From an uncultured Candidatus Saccharibacteria bacterium (lineage in GTDB: Bacteria; Patescibacteriota; UBA1384; CAILIB01; JAUSJZ01): a DNA stretch of 64,000 bases. Shown piece after piece: positions 37,484 to 46,239 of this stretch. A model generated the notes under the pieces. That model worked only from the letters and a program-made list of their open reading frames with translations. It made no database searches and was not told where the DNA came from. The stretch spans positions 2,748 to 66,747 of the forward strand of contig CAYQWZ010000005.1 in the NCBI GenBank assembly GCA_964421635.1, read 5' to 3'. Both the position numbers and the translations under genes were made by a program. The stretch's first letter is position 1; each line of letters opens with the position of its first letter.

Positions 37484-38164
37484 TCACCCCCTAAAGGCTT
37501 GATTAGCTATCTTACTGCCCAGATATGTTACTGCGTAGGCCTCGCCTGATTCTTCCGTATCACGTCGTTCTATCAAACCTTGGTTGAGTAGGAACCTTAA
37601 CAAGGCAACGATCCGATCTGCATCCATTTGTGATAGGTGCTGATCGATCAGGTTGGTTAACGGAACCACCCTCTCACTCAGTGACACAAGGATCTCAAAC
37701 CAGTCTGAGCAATGAATCATTCTGCCTAGCACATTAGAGGTGCCCCCTTTGAAATAGACAGAGATCAGTTCGCAGGTGGACTGAACACATCCAAGAAGTT
37801 GGATATATGACTCTGCCACAGACAGCTCAGCTGCTACAACCGTTAAGGAAATGGGAAGGAGCTCACGCTCTCTCAGCACACCAACGAACAAGTGAAGGAG
37901 CCTATCCAGTTCTTCGCGACGACCAAGCGCCATCCATTCTATCACGCGAAGAAAGAGCGTTTCTCTGATTGCGCGCACGGCACATACAGCAGCTTGATAC
38001 GGTTCTCCACCCTTGATCTCTCCGCTCCGTAGGAAGTCGATACTCTCTCCCACAAGAGTGGCTATATCCTCTGGCTGTGGCAACAATATCACATTGGCAC
38101 CTAACTCTCTCGCCCTGTTAACGAGCCTACGTTCCTCTTCAGTCATTTCGATTAGCTTCGTCAT
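37484..38164 (-). CDS. Orphan protein with possible C-terminal winged helix (SD-led module)
   Basis: TTGACA-16-TAGACT promoter, AGGAGG SD; C-terminus LRFLLNQGLIE...YAVT..G. Confidence 0.72.
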   Translation of the reverse strand: MTKLIEMTEEERRLVNRARELGANVILLPQPEDIATLVGESIDFLRSGEIKGGEPYQAAVCAVRAIRETLFLRVIEWMALGRREELDRLLHLFVGVLRERELLPISLTVVAAELSVAESYIQLLGCVQSTCELISVYFKGGTSNVLGRMIHCSDWFEILVSLSERVVPLTNLIDQHLSQMDADRIVALLRFLLNQGLIERRDTEESGEAYAVTYLGSKIANQAFRG

Positions 38165-38229
38165 GTCGCGCCTCCTAACAAGGAGTCTAGCAAAACGTTT
38201 ACTTTTGTCAACTATTCTTTACGATTATA

Positions 38230-38258
38230 TTGACTTTACAGGTTAATTATGTTACAAT
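38230..38258 (+). promoter_or_regulatory. Leaderless-type promoter of the TrmB gene
   Basis: TTGACT-17-TACAAT ending 6 nt before GTG 38265. Confidence 0.7.
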
Positions 38259-38264
38259 ATTTAT

Positions 38265-39014
38265 GTGAAAAAGGAGGATATTCTTCAAAAACTTAATGCC
38301 TTGCACTTCAGTGATAGCGAGGCAAAAACATATATTGCCCTGCTTCAAATTGGACAAACTCCAGCAGGAAAAATCATTAAACGCACTAGTCTACACCGAG
38401 CTGTAGTATATGCGTCCTTAGACAAGCTCATCGATCGCCATCTGGTTATGAAGGTTGAGCGCGATCACATCGCTCATTTTCAGGCACTCTCATTGGAACG
38501 ACTCACTGACTACACTACCAACCTACAACAGCAAGCGAAAAGTCTCGTTAAAGAACTAAAGTACATCAGTAATGACGAACGACCTGAAATTGTCGTTTAT
38601 GAAGGACTGCGTGCTTACCAACAGTTTTGGCTTGAATCACTAGACCGTATGCCTGTTGGCAGCATTAATTATGTTGCCGGGTCGATTGGTGATACCTGGA
38701 ATGAACTGCTTGGCAGCAAATCAAAAGAGTACGTCAAACGACACTTGCAGCGTAAGATCATGTGGCAAATGATTGTGTACGATCGTAACCAAATCGACGA
38801 ACAGTTACGCGAGAAGTATCCAAAATATCATAACTATCGCTTAATTAAGCGACCTATGTCCCGTTTAGGAAATTTTAACTTAATGGGAGAGGAGACTGTA
38901 GTACTCCACTCCACTCAGGGGCCATTGGTTATCGAGGTTCGCAGCAAAGCCCTCTATGACGTCTTCAAAGATATCTTTGATCTAATGTGGGATTTTGGTA
39001 AGGAAATAAGATAG
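38265..39014 (+). CDS. TrmB family transcriptional regulator
   Basis: EAKTYIALLQIG...I.KRT.LHR..VY.SL.KL...LV wHTH, then VVYEG..A and a C-terminal effector domain ending FDLMW. Confidence 0.88.
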   Translation: MKKEDILQKLNALHFSDSEAKTYIALLQIGQTPAGKIIKRTSLHRAVVYASLDKLIDRHLVMKVERDHIAHFQALSLERLTDYTTNLQQQAKSLVKELKYISNDERPEIVVYEGLRAYQQFWLESLDRMPVGSINYVAGSIGDTWNELLGSKSKEYVKRHLQRKIMWQMIVYDRNQIDEQLREKYPKYHNYRLIKRPMSRLGNFNLMGEETVVLHSTQGPLVIEVRSKALYDVFKDIFDLMWDFGKEIR

Positions 39015-39065
39015 CCTTTCGAAAGAACGACTAAACCCCACCCACTTCATACTTTGTTCTAATTT

Positions 39066-39140
39066 TGGCTCCTGGGGTCGGATTCGAACCGACAACCTAG
39101 TGATTAACAGTCACTTGCTCTACCATTGAGCTACCCAGGA
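39066..39140 (-). tRNA. tRNA-Asn(GTT)
   Basis: TCCTGGG acceptor stem, D-arm TAGCTCAATGGTAGAGC, anticodon arm AGTGA-CTGTTAA-TCACT, T-arm GGTTCGAATCC, 3' G-CCA. Confidence 0.97.
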
Positions 39141-39176
39141 TTAAATTGTTTGATCCATTCTCTTCCTTCACCACAT

Positions 39177-39228
39177 GTCACTTGCTCCCTGCCTGCCGGC
39201 AGGCAGGTACCATTGAGCTACCCAGGAT
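39177..39228 (-). pseudogene. Duplicated 5' half of tRNA-Asn interrupted by the 20-bp palindrome (39188-39207)
   Basis: gtcacttgctc[cctgcctgccggcaggcagg]taccattgagctacccaggat versus uninterrupted 39110-39141. Confidence 0.92.
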
Positions 39229-39299
39229 CAAATTTTGTGTAGCCAAAAAATTTTGACTACTTCTGAAATTTACCAGAACTAGCCAAATATTTCAACCTT

Positions 39300-39623
39300 T
39301 TAAGCGCGAACTGCTAACCCGTAGGCCAACAGATATTTCTTTAAAGATTCAGGATTTGTCTTTGGCTGGGGACTATCTTCGTCAGCAAAATCAGATATTA
39401 AATTTTGCAGAGTGCGTAGTTCAGCCATATATTGTATGTTTTTTGAGTCGTCTCTTGTCTTGGCAACTAATTCAAGCGCTCTTTCAGCTGCATTTTGCGC
39501 CAATTCAGCCTTCTTTTTCTTCTGCCAAGAGAACATTCGACTTACCTCACTGCCAATGTTAGCCATCTGCTCATAAATTGTTAGCTCTTCCCACTTTTTC
39601 ATTTCAAATTTATTCTTCGTCAA
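39300..39623 (-). CDS. Conserved hypothetical helical protein
   Basis: WEELTIYEQMANIGSEV.R...A.ERALEL...T motif; downstream of the DUF5674-like gene. Confidence 0.75.
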   Translation of the reverse strand: MTKNKFEMKKWEELTIYEQMANIGSEVSRMFSWQKKKKAELAQNAAERALELVAKTRDDSKNIQYMAELRTLQNLISDFADEDSPQPKTNPESLKKYLLAYGLAVRA

Positions 39624-39917
39624 TTATTAATTCATTAACAATATCTGTAATATCTTGTCGTATTTTTTTATCCTTTATATTCATGCTAAGGTTTTCGCCT
39701 GATCGAATATTAATAAGTGAATCGAACTCTAACCGTTCTGTTTTGGGCAAATCAGGATAAATATTAAAACCCCACAAATCCTTCGATTTAGAACCTTTTT
39801 GAAGAAGGATTGCCTCAGAATCTGAATGCATACCACCGCTTTGACCATATCACCAAAAGTCTCTTCGGCAGCCTTTTTTATCACCGATAATTTAATCGGA
39901 TTTTCAATCATTTTCAT
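39610..39917 (-). pseudogene. DUF5674-like gene split by an internal deletion/frameshift
   Basis: Frame 1 ..AEETFGDMVKAVV then frame 2 MHSDSEAILLQKGSKSKDLWGFNIYP...EFDSLINIR; the linker between these halves appears missing. Confidence 0.7.
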
Positions 39918-40007
39918 ACTACTAAATTACCACAGGAATAGCGCTCACTTAAAAAATAAAATATTAATACAAATGGTAAACTAGTAATAAGTTCTAATGT
40001 TTATTAT

Positions 40008-40466
40008 ATGAAAAAATTCAAATGGTTATGGTGGTTGTTGCTACTGTTAGTATTATTTCTAGGATGGATATCATATTTAGCTAATCAAAAAAATATCAAT
40101 TTCTTTTCCGAGTTTGAACAAACCGTCAAAACTAATATAAATGAATCAGTCGAAGTGATTGTATTCGACTCCGAGACTAAAGAGCCAAGATCTGGAATCC
40201 GGGTGTCGAACAGCGCTCCTAGCCCATCATGTAAAGCTCTCCAAGGTCTTAACCCTTGTGGAGAGGGAGACCCCAATCAATACGATGAAGATAGAACTGA
40301 TGAAAACGGTAGAGCCAAGGTGACTTTGTACATAACAGACAAAAACCGAGAACAAGGCTATACAACCATTTCAGTAGGAGGAAGCTCTTATCATGAAGAT
40401 CAAGCAGTTAAAATTTATCTAGATAATATCCAATCACCAATCAAGGTGATCTTACAACGAAAATAA
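40008..40466 (+). CDS. Membrane-anchored extracytoplasmic beta-sandwich protein
   Basis: N-terminal TM; V.VFDSETKEP.SG..V...RTDENGRA carboxypeptidase-regulatory-like pattern. Confidence 0.7.
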   Translation: MKKFKWLWWLLLLLVLFLGWISYLANQKNINFFSEFEQTVKTNINESVEVIVFDSETKEPRSGIRVSNSAPSPSCKALQGLNPCGEGDPNQYDEDRTDENGRAKVTLYITDKNREQGYTTISVGGSSYHEDQAVKIYLDNIQSPIKVILQRK

Positions 40467-40477
40467 ATATTATATTT

Positions 40478-40822
40478 TTATGCCACCAAGAACTCTAAAT
40501 ATCCTAACTCAGCAGTAGATAAATTGGCGAATATTGCCTGAGCAGTAGCCTCTGTTTCATCTTCGTCTAACTTGGCATCATAAAGATGAATCATCTCATG
40601 AAGGATTGTTATAACTCTTTCGTTTATTGGTAATAGTTGATTAATAAAGATCTCGTTCTGATCTGGAATAATAAGACCACGAACTTTGCAGCTAGCGCGC
40701 TTAAGATTAATCTCATAGCCAGATTGCACCAAAGCTTTGGTTAACTGATTGAGTTGAATTGTTCGAGCCCCTGCCTTTTTCATAAATTGAATGATTATAC
40801 CCAAATAAAAGGGGTTTTGCAA
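40478..40822 (-). CDS. Small HExxH metallopeptidase-like protein (ImmA/IrrE-like)
   Basis: IFINQLL...ERVITILHEMIH...E; probable start at MKKAG after TATAAT. Confidence 0.7.
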   Translation of the reverse strand: MQNPFYLGIIIQFMKKAGARTIQLNQLTKALVQSGYEINLKRASCKVRGLIIPDQNEIFINQLLPINERVITILHEMIHLYDAKLDEDETEATAQAIFANLSTAELGYLEFLVA

Positions 40823-40877
40823 CGCAATTAAAAAAGAGCATATAGATATTACGCTCTCTTACTTTTTATTACAATTA

Positions 40878-43343
40878 TTATATAAATTCATCCAATTCGG
40901 CGCGAGCTTCGGCTAGGTGTCGCCCCTCTTCATCCATAGCGTGTTCAACTAATAGGCGTTTTTCAATAGAGGCAATTAGTTTACGGGTAGCTACTACACG
41001 GTCGGGCGAGACGGATACTGAAGTAGCACCGGCGCGAACCAATGTTTCCACCACTTCAGCGTAATCTGAAGCAGCTTGGCCACAGATCGAGCAGGTAACA
41101 TTGTGTTCGCGGCAGGTTCTAGCTATATGCTCTATTGAAGCTAGCACCGCCGGATCACGCTCGTCAAAATCAGCAGCTAAAGTTGAATTGTCTCGGTCGA
41201 CTCCTAAAGTTAGCTGGGTTAAATCGTTTGAGCCAATAGAAACGCCGTCAATTCCCATTTTGCAAAACTCGTCCATCAAAATTGCCACCGCTGGAACTTC
41301 GGCCATAATCCATAATTTGAAGTCATCCCCTCGCTTGAGCTCTGACTTTTCTATTAATACTTTAATGGCATTTAGCTCATCAATTGTGCGCACAAATGGA
41401 ATCATCAACCAAACATTGTTTAAACCTTTTTTATCGCGCACATATTTGATAGCCTCTAGCTCTAACGCGAATTCTTCAGGCTGTCTAATGTAGCGCGAAG
41501 CACCGCGAAAACCAATCATTGGGTTAGCCTCTTCTTTTTCAAAGTTTTCGCCACCTTTCAAATGTGCGTATTCGTTTGTTTTAAAATCAGTAGCTCGGTA
41601 AATTACGGGTCGCGGCGCGAAAGCGTTAGCCATTTTATAAATTCCATCAGCCAGTTTTTCAACATACTCTTTAGATCGGCCTTCTTTAATCATGGCCATA
41701 GGATGCTCGCCGATTCCAGTAATAATGAATTCGGCTCGCATTAATCCTACTCCATCTGCTGGTAGTAAGGCTGTTTCTTCCGCGATATCTGGTTCACCTA
41801 AATTGACATAGACTTTTGTACCTGTCGCGGGCACCACTGTATGATAAGCCGCACTTCCCGTAAGCTCATTTGGCGCCTGACCATTTTTCATAGCCATCGC
41901 TTTTTTCTGCCCACCGTGTGATCCTTCTATTTTGCCTTTGAACACGGTGCCGTCATGGCCGTCGACTGAAATCATCATGCCGTCTTTCAAAACAGATGTG
42001 GCTGTGCCCGAGCCAACTACACAAGGAATTCCCAGTTCACGCGACACAATTGCCGCGTGTGAAGTTTTGCCACCTGTATCAGTAACAATAGCTACTGCCT
42101 TTTTCATCGCCGGCACAAAATCTGGCGTGGTCATTTCAGTTACCAAAACTTCTCCAGCGTTAATTTTATCTATTTCATCTGGCGAATGGATTATCTTAAC
42201 CGGACCAGCCGCCATACCAATAGAAGCGCCAATTCCATTTAATAAAATCTCAGCTTTACCCTCAGCAACTTCTTTGGCATTAGTTGTTGCTTGCTCCGCC
42301 CCTGTTTGCTCATTACTTAAGGTGGTGCCATCTTCAACTTTGGCGCCACCCGCAATAGCTGCAGTAGTTTTTCCTAAAGTAGTAATTGGACGGGTTTGAA
42401 CAATAAATACGCGCCCATTCTCAACAGCAAACTCACAATCTTGCGGAAAATTATAATGTTTATCAAGCACAATACCAATTTTTGCCGTTTCAATAATTAA
42501 ATCATCTGATAGTTTCTGAGTTGATCCTTCTTCTTTAGAAAGCTTTATATGCTTGTTTTCGCCCTGAACTTTAGCAATTTTCCACAGCTGCTCATGAATC
42601 TCTTTTTTAACAATCTTTAGCGATTTTTTATCTACATGATACTCATCTGGCGTCACAGAGCCTGAAACAATTGCTTCTCCTAATCCTAACCCAGCTTCAA
42701 TAACAACTACCGTCTCATCATTAGCCATTGGGTCAGCCGTGAACATTATGCCCGACACATCTGACTGCACCATCATTTGCACCGGAACCGCCAGCGCCAC
42801 CTTAGAATGATCAAATCCGTTCACTTGCCGATAATAAATTGAGCGAGCTTCAAATAAGGATGCGAAACAGCGCTTGGTAGCGTCAACCACCTCAGCGTCA
42901 CCTTGAATATTTAAATAAGTCGCTTGCTGCCCTGCGAAAGAGGCTTCGGGTAAATCTTCCGCCGTAGCTGATGAGCGCACCGCCACCAAAGCGCCATCTG
43001 GTCGCATAGCTTCTTCAGAAAGTTCATGATAAGCATCAATGATATTTTTTTCTAAATCTGGTGGAATTGGCGCCTTCAGTACTTTTTCCTTAATAATCTT
43101 AGATAAACTTTTTAATCGTTTGGTATCTTCTTGGTCTAAATCTTTAAGCTCCTTAGCGATTAGCTTGTCGAGCTTATTCTTTTTCATAAAATAAAAATAG
43201 GCGCTGGCTGAGACTATAAAACCAGGTGGAACAGGAAGTTTACTCTTAGTCATCTCACCCAAATTTGCACCCTTGCCGCCAACTTGCGGAATTGAGTCGT
43301 GGTCTACCTCAGTAAACCGATAAATATACTTTTCTTGCGCCAC
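40878..43343 (-). CDS. ppsA: Phosphoenolpyruvate synthase
   Basis: VGGKGANLGEM, AVRSSATAEDLPEASFAGQQ, GGKTSHAAIVSRELG, GVGLMRAEF, E.NPMIGFRG, SIGSNDLTQ; AAGGAGG SD before GTG 43343. Confidence 0.96.
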   Translation of the reverse strand: MAQEKYIYRFTEVDHDSIPQVGGKGANLGEMTKSKLPVPPGFIVSASAYFYFMKKNKLDKLIAKELKDLDQEDTKRLKSLSKIIKEKVLKAPIPPDLEKNIIDAYHELSEEAMRPDGALVAVRSSATAEDLPEASFAGQQATYLNIQGDAEVVDATKRCFASLFEARSIYYRQVNGFDHSKVALAVPVQMMVQSDVSGIMFTADPMANDETVVVIEAGLGLGEAIVSGSVTPDEYHVDKKSLKIVKKEIHEQLWKIAKVQGENKHIKLSKEEGSTQKLSDDLIIETAKIGIVLDKHYNFPQDCEFAVENGRVFIVQTRPITTLGKTTAAIAGGAKVEDGTTLSNEQTGAEQATTNAKEVAEGKAEILLNGIGASIGMAAGPVKIIHSPDEIDKINAGEVLVTEMTTPDFVPAMKKAVAIVTDTGGKTSHAAIVSRELGIPCVVGSGTATSVLKDGMMISVDGHDGTVFKGKIEGSHGGQKKAMAMKNGQAPNELTGSAAYHTVVPATGTKVYVNLGEPDIAEETALLPADGVGLMRAEFIITGIGEHPMAMIKEGRSKEYVEKLADGIYKMANAFAPRPVIYRATDFKTNEYAHLKGGENFEKEEANPMIGFRGASRYIRQPEEFALELEAIKYVRDKKGLNNVWLMIPFVRTIDELNAIKVLIEKSELKRGDDFKLWIMAEVPAVAILMDEFCKMGIDGVSIGSNDLTQLTLGVDRDNSTLAADFDERDPAVLASIEHIARTCREHNVTCSICGQAASDYAEVVETLVRAGATSVSVSPDRVVATRKLIASIEKRLLVEHAMDEEGRHLAEARAELDEFI

Positions 43344-43491
43344 TTTCAACCTCCTTTAATATTGTGTATTCATTGTAACAAATTTTTTATCCTTCATACC
43401 TTATATTTGGCACAATCTTCTTGACACTATCTAATTATTTTGCTAGAAATGTATAGTCACGATATGCTAGTAACTGAGAAAGGAGGACACC

Positions 43492-43728
43492 TTGAGTCTG
43501 CCGCCGGCCAATATTCTCGTCATCGTCGTCTCGGCTTCATACCTTCTTTGGTACGCTCTGTGCGTACATCGAAGGATATCCGTATCGGCCAGCTTCAATA
43601 GGCCAGTGATTGACCCAAGCTCGGATCAAATGGTCTATCCTGGCACTATTGGGGAAATGCCATCTGGTTCTAGCCAACCGCTACCACCAAACACACGAGT
43701 TTGTAGAGGTCCCGACCCCTTCGCCTAA
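43492..43728 (+). CDS. Orphan single-TM small protein (SD-led module)
   Basis: TTGACA at 43421, AAGGAGG SD, TTG start, structured 3' region and terminator. Confidence 0.55.
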   Translation: MSLPPANILVIVVSASYLLWYALCVHRRISVSASFNRPVIDPSSDQMVYPGTIGEMPSGSSQPLPPNTRVCRGPDPFA

Positions 43729-43801
43729 GTTCGCCACGAGACAGTGACGAACGAGCCTTAGTTGATCTGCGCCCACCAATCGCAGACATCAAGGTTCACA
43801 C

Positions 43802-43831
43802 GAGCGCCGGTTTTCGAGCCGGCGCTTTTTT
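43802..43831 (+). terminator. Intrinsic terminator
   Basis: agcgccgg/ccggcgct stem followed by T-run. Confidence 0.85.
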
Positions 43832-44405
43832 ATTTCAGGCGAATAGATAAAACTAAATCGTAGACAATATTTGGAGAAAACCCTCGGCGAGCAAGTTTGC
43901 TGGCCAATCTGTTTTTATCTTTATCTGTTTTTATTTCATACTTTTCTGAAAATTTTTTTACAATAGTTTGAGCCAATCTTTTATCTACAGAATCTTTGCT
44001 ATTATATTGAAGACCAATCTCTTCTGACCACTTTTTTGTCTGCCGATACTCTAAAATATTTTCTATAGTATTTTTGGTAATTCCTTTCTCTTGCAGCTCT
44101 TGATGCAACAGATATTCACCCCGCGGAGATAAGCGGTCGCGAAAGCGTACCCAATCTTTGACAAAACGAGTATCATCTAAAATTTTAACTTTCGTTAGTT
44201 GCTCAACGACTGAATTAATTTCATTTGCATTATACTTCAATTGCTGTAACTTTTTAACCACTTCCATAGCCGAGCGCGGCCGATATTTAATAAAATTAAG
44301 CGCCCTTGTCAATGCCTTATCTTCAGCAGATTTAGCAACTCTTTTTGGTTTAGTCTCGCTCTTTTTTGCTTGTAGCAAATTGGAGTACCTGTTTTTGAAT
44401 TTCAC
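43830..44405 (-). CDS. recX: Regulatory protein RecX
   Basis: [23 protein letters not shown]...L.QEL.EKGI, LARRGFS; immediately after recA. Confidence 0.9.
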   Translation of the reverse strand: MKFKNRYSNLLQAKKSETKPKRVAKSAEDKALTRALNFIKYRPRSAMEVVKKLQQLKYNANEINSVVEQLTKVKILDDTRFVKDWVRFRDRLSPRGEYLLHQELQEKGITKNTIENILEYRQTKKWSEEIGLQYNSKDSVDKRLAQTIVKKFSEKYEIKTDKDKNRLASKLARRGFSPNIVYDLVLSIRLK

Positions 44406-45399
44406 CAGCTATTTTGCTGTTATCTTTTAGAAATTTGCGTGCCTGTTCTTTACCTTGCCCTAACTGCTTCTCACCATAGGTAAACCAAGAACCAGATTTA
44501 TTGACCACCCCCGCTAATACTCCCATATCAATTAAGTCACCTTCACGAGAAATTCCTTCACTAAATATTAGATCAAACTCAGCTTTTCTAAACGGCGGCG
44601 CAATTTTATTCTTCACTACCTTAATTCGAATACGATTTCCTACCACTTCATCACCTTCTTTTAATTGCTCAATGCGACGAATATCTAGTCGCAAACTAGC
44701 GTAAAACTTCAGCGCGTTACCCCCCGAAGTAGTCTCAGGATTACCAAACATCACTCCAATTTTCATACGAATCTGGTTAATAAAGATAACTGTTGTTTTA
44801 GACTTTGAAACCGCAGCTGTAAGTTTTCGCAAAGCTTGGCTCATCAAACGAGCCTGTACTCCAACCATAGCCGCCCCCATCTCTCCTTCTATTTCTGCCC
44901 GTGGCACTAAAGCGGCGACTGAATCGATTACCACAATGTCTACTGCGTTAGAGCGCACCAGTGTCTCTGTAATTTCTAAGGCCTGCTCGCCTGAGTCGGG
45001 TTGACTAACTAGCATAGAGTCTAAATCTACCCCGAGCATTTTGGCGTATTCAGGATCAAGTGCGTGCTCAGCATCAACGAAAGCTGCCACTCCACCTTTC
45101 TTTTGTACTTGAGCAATCATATGAATAGCAATGGTTGTTTTACCCGATGACTCTGGCCCATAAATTTCCATCACCCGACCACGCGGAATTCCACCACCCA
45201 AAGCTAAATCTAGGGACACTATATTAGTAGGAATAAGTTCAATATTAGAGTTATGCCCGTTACTCATAGTCATAATAGAGCCCGAACCGAACTGCTTTTC
45301 AATGCTCGAAAGAGCCATCTCAAGTGCCTGTTTCTTACCCGACGCTTCTTTAGAAACGGTGGCAGTTTTTGTCTTTAAGGATTTCTTACTTGGAGCCAT
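44350..45399 (-). CDS. recA: Recombinase RecA
   Basis: [67 protein letters not shown]. Confidence 0.99.
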   Translation of the reverse strand: MAPSKKSLKTKTATVSKEASGKKQALEMALSSIEKQFGSGSIMTMSNGHNSNIELIPTNIVSLDLALGGGIPRGRVMEIYGPESSGKTTIAIHMIAQVQKKGGVAAFVDAEHALDPEYAKMLGVDLDSMLVSQPDSGEQALEITETLVRSNAVDIVVIDSVAALVPRAEIEGEMGAAMVGVQARLMSQALRKLTAAVSKSKTTVIFINQIRMKIGVMFGNPETTSGGNALKFYASLRLDIRRIEQLKEGDEVVGNRIRIKVVKNKIAPPFRKAEFDLIFSEGISREGDLIDMGVLAGVVNKSGSWFTYGEKQLGQGKEQARKFLKDNSKIAGEIQKQVLQFATSKKERD

Positions 45400-45433
45400 A
45401 AAAATTTAGTTAGTTAATTTGCTTGACTAACTC

Positions 45434-45467
45434 ATTATAGCAAGACCGAACATTAACCAAACATTAA
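45434..45467 (-). promoter_or_regulatory. recA -10 box (TATAAT) with an upstream 11-bp tandem repeat
   Basis: attata at 45434-45439; ccgaacattaa/ccaaacattaa at 45446-45467. Confidence 0.55.
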
Positions 45468-45528
45468 TCTTGTGGACAATTAAATAATCCTAATGTCATA
45501 ATTAGGATTAAACTACTAAACTCGTTTT

Positions 45529-46239
45529 TTAATATTCCGCTACTACTCGCATCACTTCAATTTTCTCCGCGCCGCTTTTATTGATAGCTTTTAATTGAAT
45601 AATATTTTCCCCGCGAGTAAGCTCTACCACATGATTAAAATCTCCTTCAGAATCTACTAACACCACTTCGCCGTTAACTGTTAGCTCTGCACCAATGCTA
45701 GTTTTGCCCGTAATTGCCACCTGTTTGTCTGCCACCAAAACGGCCGAAACGGGCGAGGAGTCGGCACTTAGGGGCTCCGCGATTTCTAGCAAGGGAACAG
45801 CTGCGAATTTATTGACCTGAACTGTTAAATATCCGCCGACAACGAGCACCAAAAAAGCAGCGAATGTATAAGATAAAACACGCGGCGTAATAAACCATTT
45901 AGGCAAAATAAAAGATTTGTGAGGATTCAACCCGCTTTGAGCTTTCTGACACTTATGAGCTAACAGATTTTTCTCTTTGTTGTAATCGGCTAAAATGTGC
46001 TTTTGAGATAATCCTAAAAAACCAGAATACTTCAGTAGATAACCGCGACCGTAAACTTCAGACGGTAGCTGCTCCCAAGCATCAGATTCTAAAGCTAATA
46101 AAAACCGAGCTCGAATATGGGTGGCTTCTTCAACTTCTTCAACACTACACTTCTTGCGCACCCGAGCTCGCTTTAATTTATCGCCAATTGTTTGATTGGC
46201 GCTACGAAGGCGTTTTGTTTTAAATCCTGCAGCTGCCAT
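45529..46239 (-). CDS. RodZ-like HTH membrane protein with C-terminal Ig-like domain
   Basis: IGDKLKRAR...FLLALE...LPSEVYGRGYL.KY..FLGL, TM, then LTVNGE.V.VD.EG.F...L..GEN. Confidence 0.88.
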   Translation of the reverse strand: MAAAGFKTKRLRSANQTIGDKLKRARVRKKCSVEEVEEATHIRARFLLALESDAWEQLPSEVYGRGYLLKYSGFLGLSQKHILADYNKEKNLLAHKCQKAQSGLNPHKSFILPKWFITPRVLSYTFAAFLVLVVGGYLTVQVNKFAAVPLLEIAEPLSADSSPVSAVLVADKQVAITGKTSIGAELTVNGEVVLVDSEGDFNHVVELTRGENIIQLKAINKSGAEKIEVMRVVAEY

